Assembly (NCBI RefSeq): GCF_006345805.1
Contig: NC_043012.1
Coordinates: 7,564,001 to 7,628,000 of the forward strand
Direction: 5' to 3'
Source: Octopus sinensis
Lineage: Eukaryota
Length of the DNA stretch: 64,000 nucleotides
Below are positions 46,320 through 59,600 of the stretch, piece after piece; position 1 is the first letter of the stretch, and every line of letters starts with the position of its first letter. Made by a program: the position numbers and the translations under genes. The notes under the pieces are model-generated. The model was given only the letters and a program-made list of their open reading frames with translations, made no database searches and was not told the DNA's origin.

Positions 46320-48402
46320 TTTTACCAAAGCCTTTAACAAAGAGATGGAGATTCAGACTCAACACATGACATGAAAAGATAGTTTTTTTTTCATCTTTTA
46401 TCTTTTACCTTGATTCAGTTATTGGAGTGTGGTCATGCTAAAGCATCAGAGTGAAAGGTTTGGTGAAACAAATCAACCCCAGTACTAATTTTAAGTCTCG
46501 TAATTATTCCATTGGTCTCTTTGGCCAAACTGCTAAAAATGATGTAACTGCTATGCCTAAACCTAAATTCAGATGTATCTAATCTCTTTTGTAACACCTA
46601 ATCAATTCCAGAGTGTGCCTGTGTGTGCACATGCAATTGAACACCAACTCCTCACACCTAGCAACCACATAATCCAACAGTGTATATCTTTAGCACTAAG
46701 ATGAAAGGTAGAAAAACTAGAAAACCCACACACTGAAGAAATAGAACTAAACTGAAGTAGACTGGAAAGGAACAATAGGATGATAAAGAAAAATACCAGA
46801 TTCACAAATAAAAATTCTTGTAAATTTGGGCAATGAGAAAAAATATTAATATAAAAAAAACCTAAAAAAAAAATAACCAGAACCCCTTAATTTGCTGTAT
46901 GAGGAGCAAGAAAATAACAAAACCATTACTATCAGTCCTACTAAAGAGTAACTTAGAATTTATAAATGCCAAAATTTAATAAGAGTCACCCACCTCTTCA
47001 ATAAAATATAATTACTTCAATTTCAGTTAAAGAGAAGCATTAAGTGGACTTGAAATATACAACACAGAAATAGCCAAAGGGAAATAAAATTGGAGATGTT
47101 AAAAGTTGATAAACACACAAAATAAAAAAAAAAATGTAAAGATATCACAAAAATAAAATTTTAAAAATTCATCTGAAAGAAAATACATACCCCAAGGTGA
47201 CCTATTGACCAAAAAATGGTCAGTTAAAACATCATTAGTTTTCACTGCATGTGTGTGAGTGTGTGTTCAAGTAGGAGTTAAACAAGACTGATGTACTCCC
47301 ATCATCATCTCTTTTGTTGTGTATAAAAGTAAGACAGAGAGGGATGAAAACTGGTTGCCTGTGGACTTGTTAGACAACATTTCAGGTCTAAAGAGCAGCA
47401 TGATAGTGATGTAGCCAATGGAATAACTGATAATGAATGAACCAGCCTGACTAGTAGCACTACTTAAATGGCTCTTTACACCCCAATACACCAGTTTTTT
47501 GTTGATATTTAGTGGCCTAGCAACAACCAATGAGCACCTGCTCACATCCTCCTAGCTGTGGAGGAGTAGGCGATACTATCCTGCAAAAGCTTTGTTCAAA
47601 AACCAGCCTGTAGGACAGGCTGGTTGGGGAGGATAATTAATAATCTAAATCACAAATGCTAAAGCAACCATGACATGGGATCATTAGAAAGGGAAGGGAT
47701 GAAGCGAATCAACAAGTTAAGCCATAGAAATTCACCTAACACTAATTGATGGAGCAGCCTGATTTAATTCATTGGTATATTTGAAATTATAATAGCTTAT
47801 AAATCTAGACATGTACATGTCTCACACTTATAAATAATGGAACATTTTAACAGACAAAAATAAATAAATAACAATGAAACTATAACATCTACATAAATTA
47901 TTGACGGCTTTAAAATATTAAGAGAGAGTTTTATAAAACTTGAATATAAAATACAAATTTTCTATGATGATATTAATGCTTTCTTATGAAAATACTAGTT
48001 TAAGTATACTAAAGAATAATAAAGCAGGCTGCTTCTCACCTGGGTCAGCCATGGTGCCACTATGGAAGGGGGAGAAATACAGAAGACAATATGTAAAAGG
48101 AAAGAAATCAATAAGGAACATGTACTTTATGACACCTGTTGCTGCTGCTGCTGCTAGTGATACAGGCTAGCTACCATGGCAACACTTAGCAACCAATTAA
48201 ATGGTTTAAACTGGACATTTTGAATATTGTAAAATATTTGCACCAACAATATACAATATAGCCACACCACCCACAATAAATAAAAAATAACATTAAAAAA
48301 AGTGTAACCCCACCTACAATTAGAAGGGAAAACCTTAAAGAAATTAACAGGTGAGGGAGATCGAAAAGAAACAAAACAATGAAAAACTATAACTGAACTC
48401 AC

Positions 48403-48524
48403 CTTCTTTCGAGTCCATCGTTAATTGATGACCAAAAGTTTCAATGAAATCTCTAAGGAGTGCTGTGGAAGCAACTGTTATTGTTGAAAAGAAATTATTT
48501 CTTCACTTAACACTTTACCACACC
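48403..48524 (-). CDS. HNRNPK: hnRNP K exon containing the probable start ATG (48418; MDSKE|G)
   Basis: ctttctcgttgtag acceptor and AAG|gtgagt donor; aacgATGG is a strong context and joins the next exon in frame. The part upstream of 48418 is 5' UTR or an N-terminal extension. Confidence 0.75.
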
Positions 48525-48916
48525 TACAACGAGAAAGGAAACAAAGCAATAATGGTGTGTTTAAAGTTAGGACAAATGGACTAAGACGAAGCAAATGAAA
48601 ACATTCCCAACACTACTATATAGGTACTTTATCCTTTCAAAATTCATTACAGCATTGGCTTCAATTAATTTTGAAAATAATGAAGAATTTAGTGGAATAA
48701 CTTTGTCTTTACTACACCCGGTGTTTGGAATGTAAATTAGCATGGTATTTTGATGGAAGGTTTTAATAAAGATCACTTATAGCACTGGAAGTCTTGGGCA
48801 GGTTAATATCAAAAGGGTTCAACTGAACTTTCAAAATTACTTTTATTTACTACTGAAGAATTAGAATTTTACACAGGATCATATGCATCAACTAATATCC
48901 AAAATCTGATGTTTGT

Positions 48917-48969
<53 letters not shown>

Positions 48970-50104
48970 ATATATAGATATATAGATAGATATATAGATA
49001 GATAGATAGAGATGCACAAGCACAAATTGATATGAGAAGAAAATCTGCACAAATTGATATGAGAAGAAAATCTGCACCAACGAAATTACTTGTTGCACCA
49101 ATAGACAAAAATAGGCAGGAATCTTTAATATAGCCACAATACAAAAAAAATCAGACCACAACAGCCAACAAACTATGTTAATGAAATTATAAATTATGAA
49201 ACTTAAATTAGGGAAAAACCCTAGCTGTGAATAGTACTTCAAAGAGATATCATTTAAAGTTTTATTTTGATGTCTATACACAAAACAATCTGATAAAAGT
49301 CATTAGTATAATTAGCTCAAAATTATATTTTATACAGTTATAGTTTACTTTCACTTATATCCTCATCCGGGAATCTAACATCACCAGTATGCAACCAGAA
49401 AAAAAGACAATATCAACCTTATATGGTAACAACCCTTTAAAGAGAAAAGAAAATAAATCTCACCAAGTACAAAATTCACTAACCAGCAATTTAGCTAATT
49501 ACAATGGATTAACTATAATTTAGGGGGTTAGATGGATTTGCTTATGTTAAGGTATTAAATCTCGTAAAACAACTTTAATACAGGATTTGGAAATCTAAGA
49601 GAATAGTGTACCGTTTTCATTCCTGCAAACTTCAGCTTCCGTTTCAATATATTATATTCAACAATATACATTCAAGCAAGAATATGAAAGCAATACTGTT
49701 CACGTCTAACATGGTGCCATAAGTTTATCAAAAATATATCTATGTAACTTTAAATCTATGAAATAAGAAAACCAACAGCCATCTCTAGAAGTGAAAGCTA
49801 AAAAGGTCCGGACTGAGGAGAACGTCAGCAAAAGTGAAAGTTTTAATCAATTGCTATAGAGTGCAAGTTTCAAGAAGAAAACGATATATATCAAATGTTA
49901 CAATCCAAAAGCTGGCCTAGAATATCTTACAGCATGACAAACTGAAATAAGTTTTTATTTTTACAACCAAGATATTTACATCTTTAACACCAACTCATAT
50001 TAAGAATTTAATAAATAATCACATGAAATAAAGTTTCCAGTTGATCAACGCCAGATGTTTTATTAAAACTTTTTTTGGTGAGCGTTATTTTGGTTTATCT
50101 TTCG

Positions 50105-50425
50105 TTTCAGTTATTAGACTGTGGCCACGCTGGGGCAACGCCTTTAAGAACTTTTAGAAAAATGTATCGACCTCAGTATTAAGTTTAAGCCTGGTACTTA
50201 TTCTATCGATTTATTTCGCCGAACGGTGAAGTTACAGAGATGTAAACACCGGTTGTCAAGCAGTGAATAGACAAACACAAAGCTACACACACACACATAC
50301 GACGGGCTTCTTTCAGTTTCCGCCTACCAAATCCACTCATGGCTCTGGTCGGACCGAAACTATAGTGGAAGACACCTGCCCAAGATGCCACGCAGTAGGA
50401 CTGAATTCAGAGCCATGTGGTTGGG
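50105..50425 (-). mobile_element. Diverged SINE family A in a 5' intron of hnRNP K
   Basis: Body and tail recognisable. Confidence 0.7.
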
Positions 50426-52886
50426 AAGCTACCTAAGTGAAAAATTATCCAACACAATCGGGACTGAAATTCTGGGACCAAAAAATGTTCAGAATCATAT
50501 TCTCCATATTTTTAAACACAGCCTACCTCACATATCGAAGTCTGCCTTTAAAAACAGGAATCCGAAGAAATCATAAATAAAAAATAAACATGGACACGTT
50601 TTTCCTGTCAATATTTCTTTCACTTTCAGTTTGTGATCACAAAATAAACTTGTTTCATTATAGCAACAATTATTCCTTGTCCGCACACTGGGGTCATGGT
50701 GGCAAGATACTTTTTCCTGGGTAGGATGGGGTAAGAGAATATCACTCCACAAAACCCTGCTCTATTCTAGCAGACCCACCATAAAATTCATATATATTAG
50801 AGAGAGAGAGAGAGAGATGCGTAGTTAATCGAGTTCCAAAGCTGTGACCACGTTATCAATAGTGAAATCAATAGAAACTGTTGCATCAGTAATGAAATAC
50901 TTGCCAATATCTCATAGCCATTTTTTTTTTTCACTCGTAAACTAATAATTACCATCCATGGACACGATAAATATTAAAGTGAACGACGAATGCTACAAGC
51001 AATAATGTCTGATTTGTTTACCAAGGCCCCGAGTTCGAACATAGAAGGGGATCGCTCCCATTTCGGAGTTAATCATAAACCACCTTAACCCTGATCCAAA
51101 GCTTTATTCCTGTTATTTATGACCTGGTGTACCAAATGAGAGAACCCATAGCCAACATTGTTTCCCATTAATTAAGCCCTAATAGTATCAGATGGGCAGA
51201 GTTGAGTAAGAATTGAAACTTAAATAGAGGGCTTAGCAGGCAAGAAATTGAATAGTAGGGCCCACGTTGCTCGCTACCCTTTCAATAATCACACTAAGTT
51301 ACACCATCGCGCAACTTCGCCCAAACTCAATATTTAAATCCGTCCACACGAATTTTTTAAAGAATAAATATAGGGATTCATGATTATATAATCTAAATAG
51401 CTCAATGTTGAAGTATAACCGACACTAGAAATTAAAAACTCTTTGTTAATGTCATATTACAGCAAAAGGTAGAAAGACAACCAAATAAAACAATATAATC
51501 CATATTCACACAGAATGGAAAAAAACGAATGTTGTTGAGAGTGGGTGAGTGCCAAAAGCCCAAAACACAAAATAACCACACCCAATGCAGTCTGTACAAG
51601 GCAGACAATTTAATACACACACACACACAAGATTGGATGCATGAGAAAGATGCAGTATTTTCTTCCCTTGGTCTGCATAAAAAGGCTGATATTTTTGAAG
51701 ACGAAGAAATTGGAAGTTGTGACGTTCATGCATTTTCATAATAAGCATTACTCACACAAGAAATGAAAACAAAAGATTACAAAACTCTTGCGTAGTTCAT
51801 TACTTCCACCACTGTGACGAGGTGTATATAATCAACAGAATTAACAAACCTAAAACAGGAGGGTAAACGCTAAAATTTTACTTCATCTGCCGTTTTTACT
51901 TCTAGATTTTACCAATTCCTCAATTTAGAGAAATGCACGTTCCTAACACACTCTCTCTCTCATGAGCAACGCTGGTTAAACTCAAAGACTCAAACGTTGG
52001 CAATGAAACCGAGGCGCGCAATCGAGAGGTTTTACCTTTAGTTCTAAGCTATATGCTTCCTTATATTCAATATCAGAAATTTTGATAGTATCGCTATCAA
52101 TAATATATTCAAAATATAGCACCGCTACGGTTTACTAATTCAGTTTGAAAGGAAATAACAAAGTCAGTGAACTTAGAATCGTTGCCTAATAATTTCAGCT
52201 GGTCCAGCGACCTTTTTTTTTTTAAAAAAAAAAGAAAATTAATTGTATTCACTTTTAAACCTCCTCACGAACGACACGCCCTTCGAGGTATTATAGTTAG
52301 TAATAATACTACAATAATAGTGGAGTAGCCGGTTCGTTTGCGTCATTTTATTACACTAGAATACAATACTTCGGAAAGAAAGAAAAAAAAAAAAAAATCA
52401 ACCTATGCTATAACACCTGACTTCAACAAGCTGGAGGTAGACTGCTTGGCGCCAGTATTTTTTCCTTCCTTTACACGTAGCTACGACTTCGTGACGAAGC
52501 AGTTTTCAATTTTGGGGAAACAAGTTGCTTCTGACCTTTACCTTTTATGGCATTAAAAATTGTTTTGATTATTTGATAAATTTCAAGAACCTTTTTCATT
52601 GTTCAGTTCTTTATGCTGCGTTACTCAGCAACATTTCTTTTGAAGAACCAGCTTAATAAGGTTACTAACTGCATGCGGACCGCTAAAAGTGAAATAGGCC
52701 CGAAACCAGACGAGAGCCGAGTAGACCACTCCACTGTCTAGGTATACCTTGGAGTCTATAATAATAATAATAATAATAGTGAAATCTAGCGTTCTCCTAT
52801 GATTTACAGATTTTTAAATCTACTTCGGATGTGGGACACGGACGCAGAAACACGAAGATTAACTAAGCATCCAGTTAGAGGGAGAT

Positions 52887-52922
<36 letters not shown>

Positions 52923-53165
52923 AACACACACACACAAGCGTGCAAACGAAGAAAGAGCTAAATGGGCGAAAAACACTAATATATAATCTATTATTAGCTG
53001 AGATTGTGGTGGCAGGAATGGTTCAGAGGCCAGTAGTTTTTGCAGTAACAAACTCCAGGCTAGAGAATCGCTTCTGTAGCAATCTCAAATAATAAATTGC
53101 ATCTTTTAAATATATACACACAAACGTAAAGAAACCGTGGAATGCAAACTAAATTTTACATTTAC

Positions 53166-53700
53166 CGCACTCGCTTCACGTTGGAAAAGGATGAAGCCCT
53201 CAACATCTTGTTGCCTACCTCCAACAGTTAATCAGCTATCGAGCGCCGACAAAGACGCAACAGGAAAAAGTGAAGCGGTTAAAGGTCGGCGTGTTAGAGG
53301 GACGGTTTTATTATATAAAGATTAGAAAAATCCCTACTGTTAGCAGAGAGAAACACGACTGTAGGGCAGACGAAAGGAGTAAAAAGCAATTAAGGAAAGA
53401 GAAATATGGGAGGGAAGAAGTATGGCCGCCATGTGACAGACAGACAGCAAGGCAGAGAATATAGAGAGAAAAGTGGTGATAGGAGGAGAGAGAGAGAGTA
53501 CAGATAGAGAACAGAGGTGGTAGGAAGAAGAGAGTGAAAACAGTGTGTGTACAGATAGAGAGAGAGAGAAGGGCGGAAGAATACGTGTACATATCAACAA
53601 GAAGTTTTATACACGAGTACAAAGCGTGTAAGCATCTGGATAACAATTAAGATTATTAATTGAAAATTCAACGAGGGGCCGCCAAAATATAAGGCAAACA
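53166..53700 (-). promoter_or_regulatory. Candidate hnRNP K promoter / first exon region
   Basis: CpG-rich relative to the gene body, with a YY1-like ATGGCGGCC (53424-53434), a pyrimidine-rich TCTTCCGCCCTTCTCT stretch (about 53560-53580) and a GCG|gtaaat donor at 53166. The TSS was not determined. Confidence 0.45.
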
Positions 53701-56700
53701 TTAAACAGACAGGAAAAAAATCAACAAAAGATTAATTATTAGCTTTGATGTTCGGCCAAATTTCACCACCATGTGTGCAGCACCATTTTAATGAAGGCTT
53801 ATAATATATGCCCCCCCCACACACACACACGCGTTTTTCTATAATGAAACCAGATTTACTAGGAAAAAAAATATACACAAGGAAGCTTATGACATCGAAT
53901 CTCCGTGTGAAATAACTACATATAATTCCACCTACATAATTATCAGCTAAATATATTTCTAAGCGAGGAGGGAAGGCAGCAAAAAAAAAAAATTATTAAA
54001 TACTGCACCTTCAGGCCTGCTATTCAATGAACACAGTATAAACATATACAGACTATTGCGACAGTTCAGTCTATATCACTTCCTAGTTCGCAATCACTGA
54101 AGTAAAAAAATATACTGGTAACATTTACCCAAACACCATCTGGTATCAAAATTAATGTTTGTGAGAAAGGAAGATCAAGTCTTTATAAGCAGGGTCCCGA
54201 GCTAACGAAGGACTACTCTCTTGTGGTCACTGGACGTTACAAGAAATAGCAGCGAAATCCTCGCATCATACCTTCTCGTCTAGATATGTGAAACACTAGT
54301 TCCTGTTACACAAAAATGTGGAACATTTTACGTTTGGAATGCCTTTAGTCAATAAGGCTGTTCGATAAGTGCTGACCTGGGAGTCAAACAACATCCAGTG
54401 AAGTCCAGGCGAATCAACAAACTTGCACGATTTACATTACTAATAGATTCAGTCCTCTCAGCAAGATCGAACTTGCTCTGCAGTAAAGGCCGATGTTGTT
54501 ACACCACTAAATAACGAGAAACGATGGAAAAGATATCTGAAAGACATGTGACCATCAATGCTTATCTGATCGGGATGAAAAAGAGACAACTGGCTTTTAT
54601 ACTTGACCAATAAATACACAGTTTACAGATTTTATACATACACACAGTGCATGTGTTAGTGTAATAAAAAAAAAAAACCGTAACAATTCACGCTTGCTTT
54701 TATTAACTGTGAATACGATGGGTAGAATGGGGTCTCCCGGGTAACGGTCCTTTCTAACCAAAACTAGTGCTACATATCAAAAATCGAACAAGCCTCTATG
54801 TAGTCACTGGATTCGCTAGAAACAGCAGCAAAATATCCTTCAGATGATTTCCTATTATCTTTAATAATAATAAAGCATTAACAAGAGGGGATAATGCAAT
54901 TGAGAAAACACAATGACCATGGCCACAGATCAACTCGATCAGATCTGACCTATGGTTATTCCATTAAACACGTTTGGTCGCTTCTATATTTAGCGTTGAC
55001 GGATAAATGAATGGCCAGTCTTATATGACAGGAGCAATTTGAAATGTGAACAAGTTTCCAAGAGGATATGGTCTGGTGCACCACCCACCAACGGAACCGC
55101 AAACCCGGTATAGCAGGACCATTGATAAAGCTGGACAGAAAAACTCATCTAGATAACTTACTTACCCATTTTAAACTAGCGTTTTATCACTCAGCGAAGA
55201 AACCACTCATTTCAATTAATACACATAACACAAAGGCACATCTAAAGTTTAGGGCCTCAATGACTGTTCCAGTTTTCTGAAAATTATAGTTTATATTTAA
55301 AGAAACTTTGCAAGGAAAGACCCCCCACCCATTTTCTCCCAGGAAAAAATAAAGGGGTGTTTTATTTGGCGGGGGATATACAAAATGAAGTCTTGCTCGC
55401 AAGTCATTAAATGACATTTTGTGGAAATGTGCTAAGCGAGTGGAGATTATTACACAATGAGGTTTCAAACATAAACCTTAGAAAAATATTCAAACTAGGA
55501 AACTGGTGGTGGTAACGAAGACAGCTTGGATGGAGTAAGATCGATCCTCCGAAACTCCAAAAACAAATTTCAAAATTTTATCAAAATAATTGTAATTTAC
55601 TTCTATGAAAATGTATCTGCCAAATTTCATTTTAAAAATATATGCCTTTTTTTCAGAAAGTTACAAAGAAACGAGGCCGGTGGGGCACCAATTTGTAATC
55701 ATGACACGCACACACACACACATTTTTATATATACACACACGTATATGCGTGTGCGCACACGCGAATACAAATATCCTACAAGTTGGACGATGGTGGTTC
55801 CGAATATAAAAATAAAAAGTAAATACAAGAGAGTTTTGTGATTGAAAAATCGAGGAACGATGGCGATAGTGAGAGGCGGTTCACCGATCGTAGTAATACA
55901 TGTATAGCAGGAAGACAAATTGGAACAGCCAACCTCCTCTCCCGATACACACTACTACCACCACCACCACCACGCACTCAATGGGACTTATTCCTCTCGC
56001 CGCCTCACACACATCGAAGTGAAGCTTATCGGTTCCTCCCCGTAAAAATCTCTTCAATCAAATTACCAGCGACCAAAAACTACAGCATCATCACTGTGTG
56101 ATCAAAATAAGGAAACTACAAGCCTGACTTAGCAACAAAAACAAAATATACACACACGCATACTACATAAATATATATATATATATATATATATATGGCG
56201 AAAGCTACACAGACTATATTCTGTTGCGTAATAACACATGGTGCAACGGCAAGTAACGCGAGATTGAGGAAGAGAAAAGGACGATTCCCTGATCAGTTCA
56301 GTTCCAACCGCAATCGGGTTTTCAGACTAAATATTTATATATTTTCATTAAAAAAAATTTAGCAAAACGTAAAGCAACGATACAAATAAATGCAATAAAA
56401 AAAAAAAAAAGGTGACATAGTAAAACGACTGATTCGGGCAGGAAAGAAGCAGTTTTTTCTTCAGTGAAGGTTTTTCAAATAAAGATTTTCTTGCAATGAT
56501 CGGGGGATTTCGGACCAAGATAAATGTCGTACGATTTACTTCAATGAAGGGTTGATAATAATGATTTAAAGCATTAAAAAAAAAAAAAGACAAGATTAAG
56601 GGGGTTTTTTTTCTTTTAGTTTCTATATATCAGATGAGACAATTTTAACCATCGCCTTTCCAGTCAGTAGTCACATTTTCATGGAGGAAAACCATTTAAC

Positions 56701-57514
56701 TCATTCTTTTAGATCTAATAAAATACACCCAGGCGCAATATCCTTATACACACACACATATATATATATATGTGTGTATATATAGGGCCTATGGTGGGTG
56801 TGGGTGATTACGTGAAGCCACGGAGTGAAATAAAGGCGACAGGAACCTAGCTGGCCATGTGCTAGTGGGAACTATCAGCGTGTAATATCTGTTAATGATA
56901 TTATATATATATATATGGCGATGGTAAAGGATCGCCTCTAAATATATATATATACACACACACACACACACTTGAAATAATTTCCCGAGCGTATATAGTG
57001 AAATTGATATAATTACACAGAAAACCTGGATCAATGGCCAATGCCGTGCGGTTTTGCAGCACAGATAGAAGAAACTAGGCACACATAATACATATATTAA
57101 CGATATTCCTTTTCTTGCCTCCTGTCAACAAACATACATATATACGTTCCTTTTGCAAATGTGAAATGAAGGGAAATTAAAAGGAAAATAAGGAGAACCA
57201 ACGGGTGGGGAAAACAAAAAGTATAGAGAGAGATATTTAACACATGCAATGGCGATGATTATTAAGGAAATATTGCAATCATCGGCAATATAACATCTAT
57301 AATACACAGAATGAAAATTATATATACATACATTTATTTATATGGTAGTATTTAGCTTGGGCGTACCACTACATGGGAATATATTTATATATATTATATA
57401 TACAATATGCACATAGGTAGATTTCCTAACAAGATCGGGGCAAACCCTGAGATGCATGAAAATACTTCAAAAGCGGGCGGCGTTTTAAGAACGAATATAA
57501 CAGTAAATACAATT

Positions 57515-57950
57515 GTTGGGTTTATATATATATATATATATATAAATACATATATACACACACAAATATATATATACACACACGTATACATACACAAATA
57601 TATATGTACATATATACACACGTATACATACACAAATACATATATACACACGAATACATACACATATATATACACGTATTCATACAAATATATATATATA
57701 CATATATACACATATATATACACACGTATACATACACAAATATATATATATATACATATATACACACGTATACATACACAAATATATATATATATACATA
57801 TATACACGTATTCATACACATATATATATATACATATATACACGTATTCATACACAAATATATATATACATATATACACGTATTCATACACAAATATATA
57901 TATATATATACACACGTATACATACACAAATATATATATATATATATATG
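57515..57950. repeat. Compound (TA/CA) microsatellite with a recurring ~30-bp unit CACGTAT(A/T)CATACACAAATATATA
   Basis: Read directly. Confidence 0.9.
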
Positions 57951-58242
57951 TGAGGGTACAACAAAAATGCGTTTCAAGAAAGATTTTCCCCCCTGAAAAG
58001 TCCCTGGTTTTTTACCCCCCGAATGTGTGAGTGTCTATATGTGAAATGCATGTATGGAAAATGTAGAATTAAATTTTCCTCGCTATACATTCATCTTTAC
58101 ACCCAATTGTTAAGAAATACAATAAACTGCAAAGCCACACACACACATATATATATATATATGTATATATATATATGTTTAATATGTATTTATGTATGCT
58201 TTAAATATACACATTATTGTTCAACATATATATATATACACA

Positions 58243-58286
<44 letters not shown>

Positions 58287-58879
58287 CCTCATTACCTTTC
58301 TAAAAGGAATCAATTTTCCACTGAAGAATGGAAAAAAAAGAAATCAGAAGAGACAGAAAAAGGAAGCTGGCGCCTTAATTTTTCTACAAAGCTCCTCAGA
58401 AATGAGGAAGAATGGATAAAGAAAGCGACAGGAGGGCAAAAATTAAAGAAAAAAAAAGGAACAAGCTACAGACTTCAGACAGTTGTAGGAATTATAAGAT
58501 ATATTCCAATATATATATATATATAGCTTGCGTCTATGTATGTGTATATATCTTGATGAAATGTCAGAGAAAAGATGGGGAAAGAAAAAACTGGTAAGAG
58601 AAACATATAGAGGGGAAAAATGAAGTGAAATGAGATGGGGAAGACTTGGGCTGGTTACATATTTCGTATATTTTAAAGATCGCTATAGGAATTATGGACA
58701 TTATATATATATATATATATATATAGCTTGGGTATTGGGTATATATATCCTGTGTCTGTGCATGTATGTATATCTTGAGGAAGTGTGAGAGAGAGAAATA
58801 GAGAAGAAGGTAAATGAAATGAAATGGAGAAAATACTGGCTTACATTCTTCAACGTGTTTCACACAGACCGATGTAGGA

Positions 58880-59600
58880 AATATGGATATGGATATATAT
58901 ATATATATATATGTATTCTGAGGATATATATAGCCTGTATCTGTGAGTGTATGTAAATTGATGTGAGATATAAATCCCTTAAAATCCTTTTAAAATGTTT
59001 TAGCTAGAAGGCCGCCGCGGCCATGCTGGGGCAATACCACCGCAGAGAAAAGAGGGGGGAAAAATATGGATATGTATATATATATATATATATTCTAAGG
59101 ATATATATATAGCCTGTATCTGAGTGTATGTAAATTGATGTGAGATATAAATCCCTTAAAATCCTTTTAAAATGTTTTAGGCCGAAGGCCGCCGCGGCCA
59201 TGCTGGGGCAATACTACCGCAGAGAAAAGAGGGGGGGAAATATGGATATGGATATGTATATATATATATATATGTATTCTAAGGATATATATATATAGCC
59301 TGTATCTGAGTGTATGCAATTTGATGAGATATAAATCCCTTAAAATCCTTTTAAAATGTTTTAGACCGAAGGCCGCGGCCATGCTGGAGCACCACCGCAG
59401 AGAAAAAAACAGGTAAGAGAAATATATATATATATATATATTGTAAGGATATATATATAGCCTGTATCTGTGAGTGTATGCAATTTGATGAGATATAAAT
59501 CCCTTAAAATCCTTAAAAGTGTTTTAGCAAGAAGGCCGCCGCGGCCATGCTGGGGCACACCACCGCTGAGAAAAGAGGGGGGAAAAAAACAGGTAAGAGA
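58880..59600. repeat. Tandem array of four ~165-185-bp units containing a SINE-tail fragment
   Basis: GCCTGTATCTG recurs at 58933, 59112, 59298 and 59460; GCGGCCATGCTGG recurs at 59017, 59194, 59375 and 59541. Confidence 0.9.
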
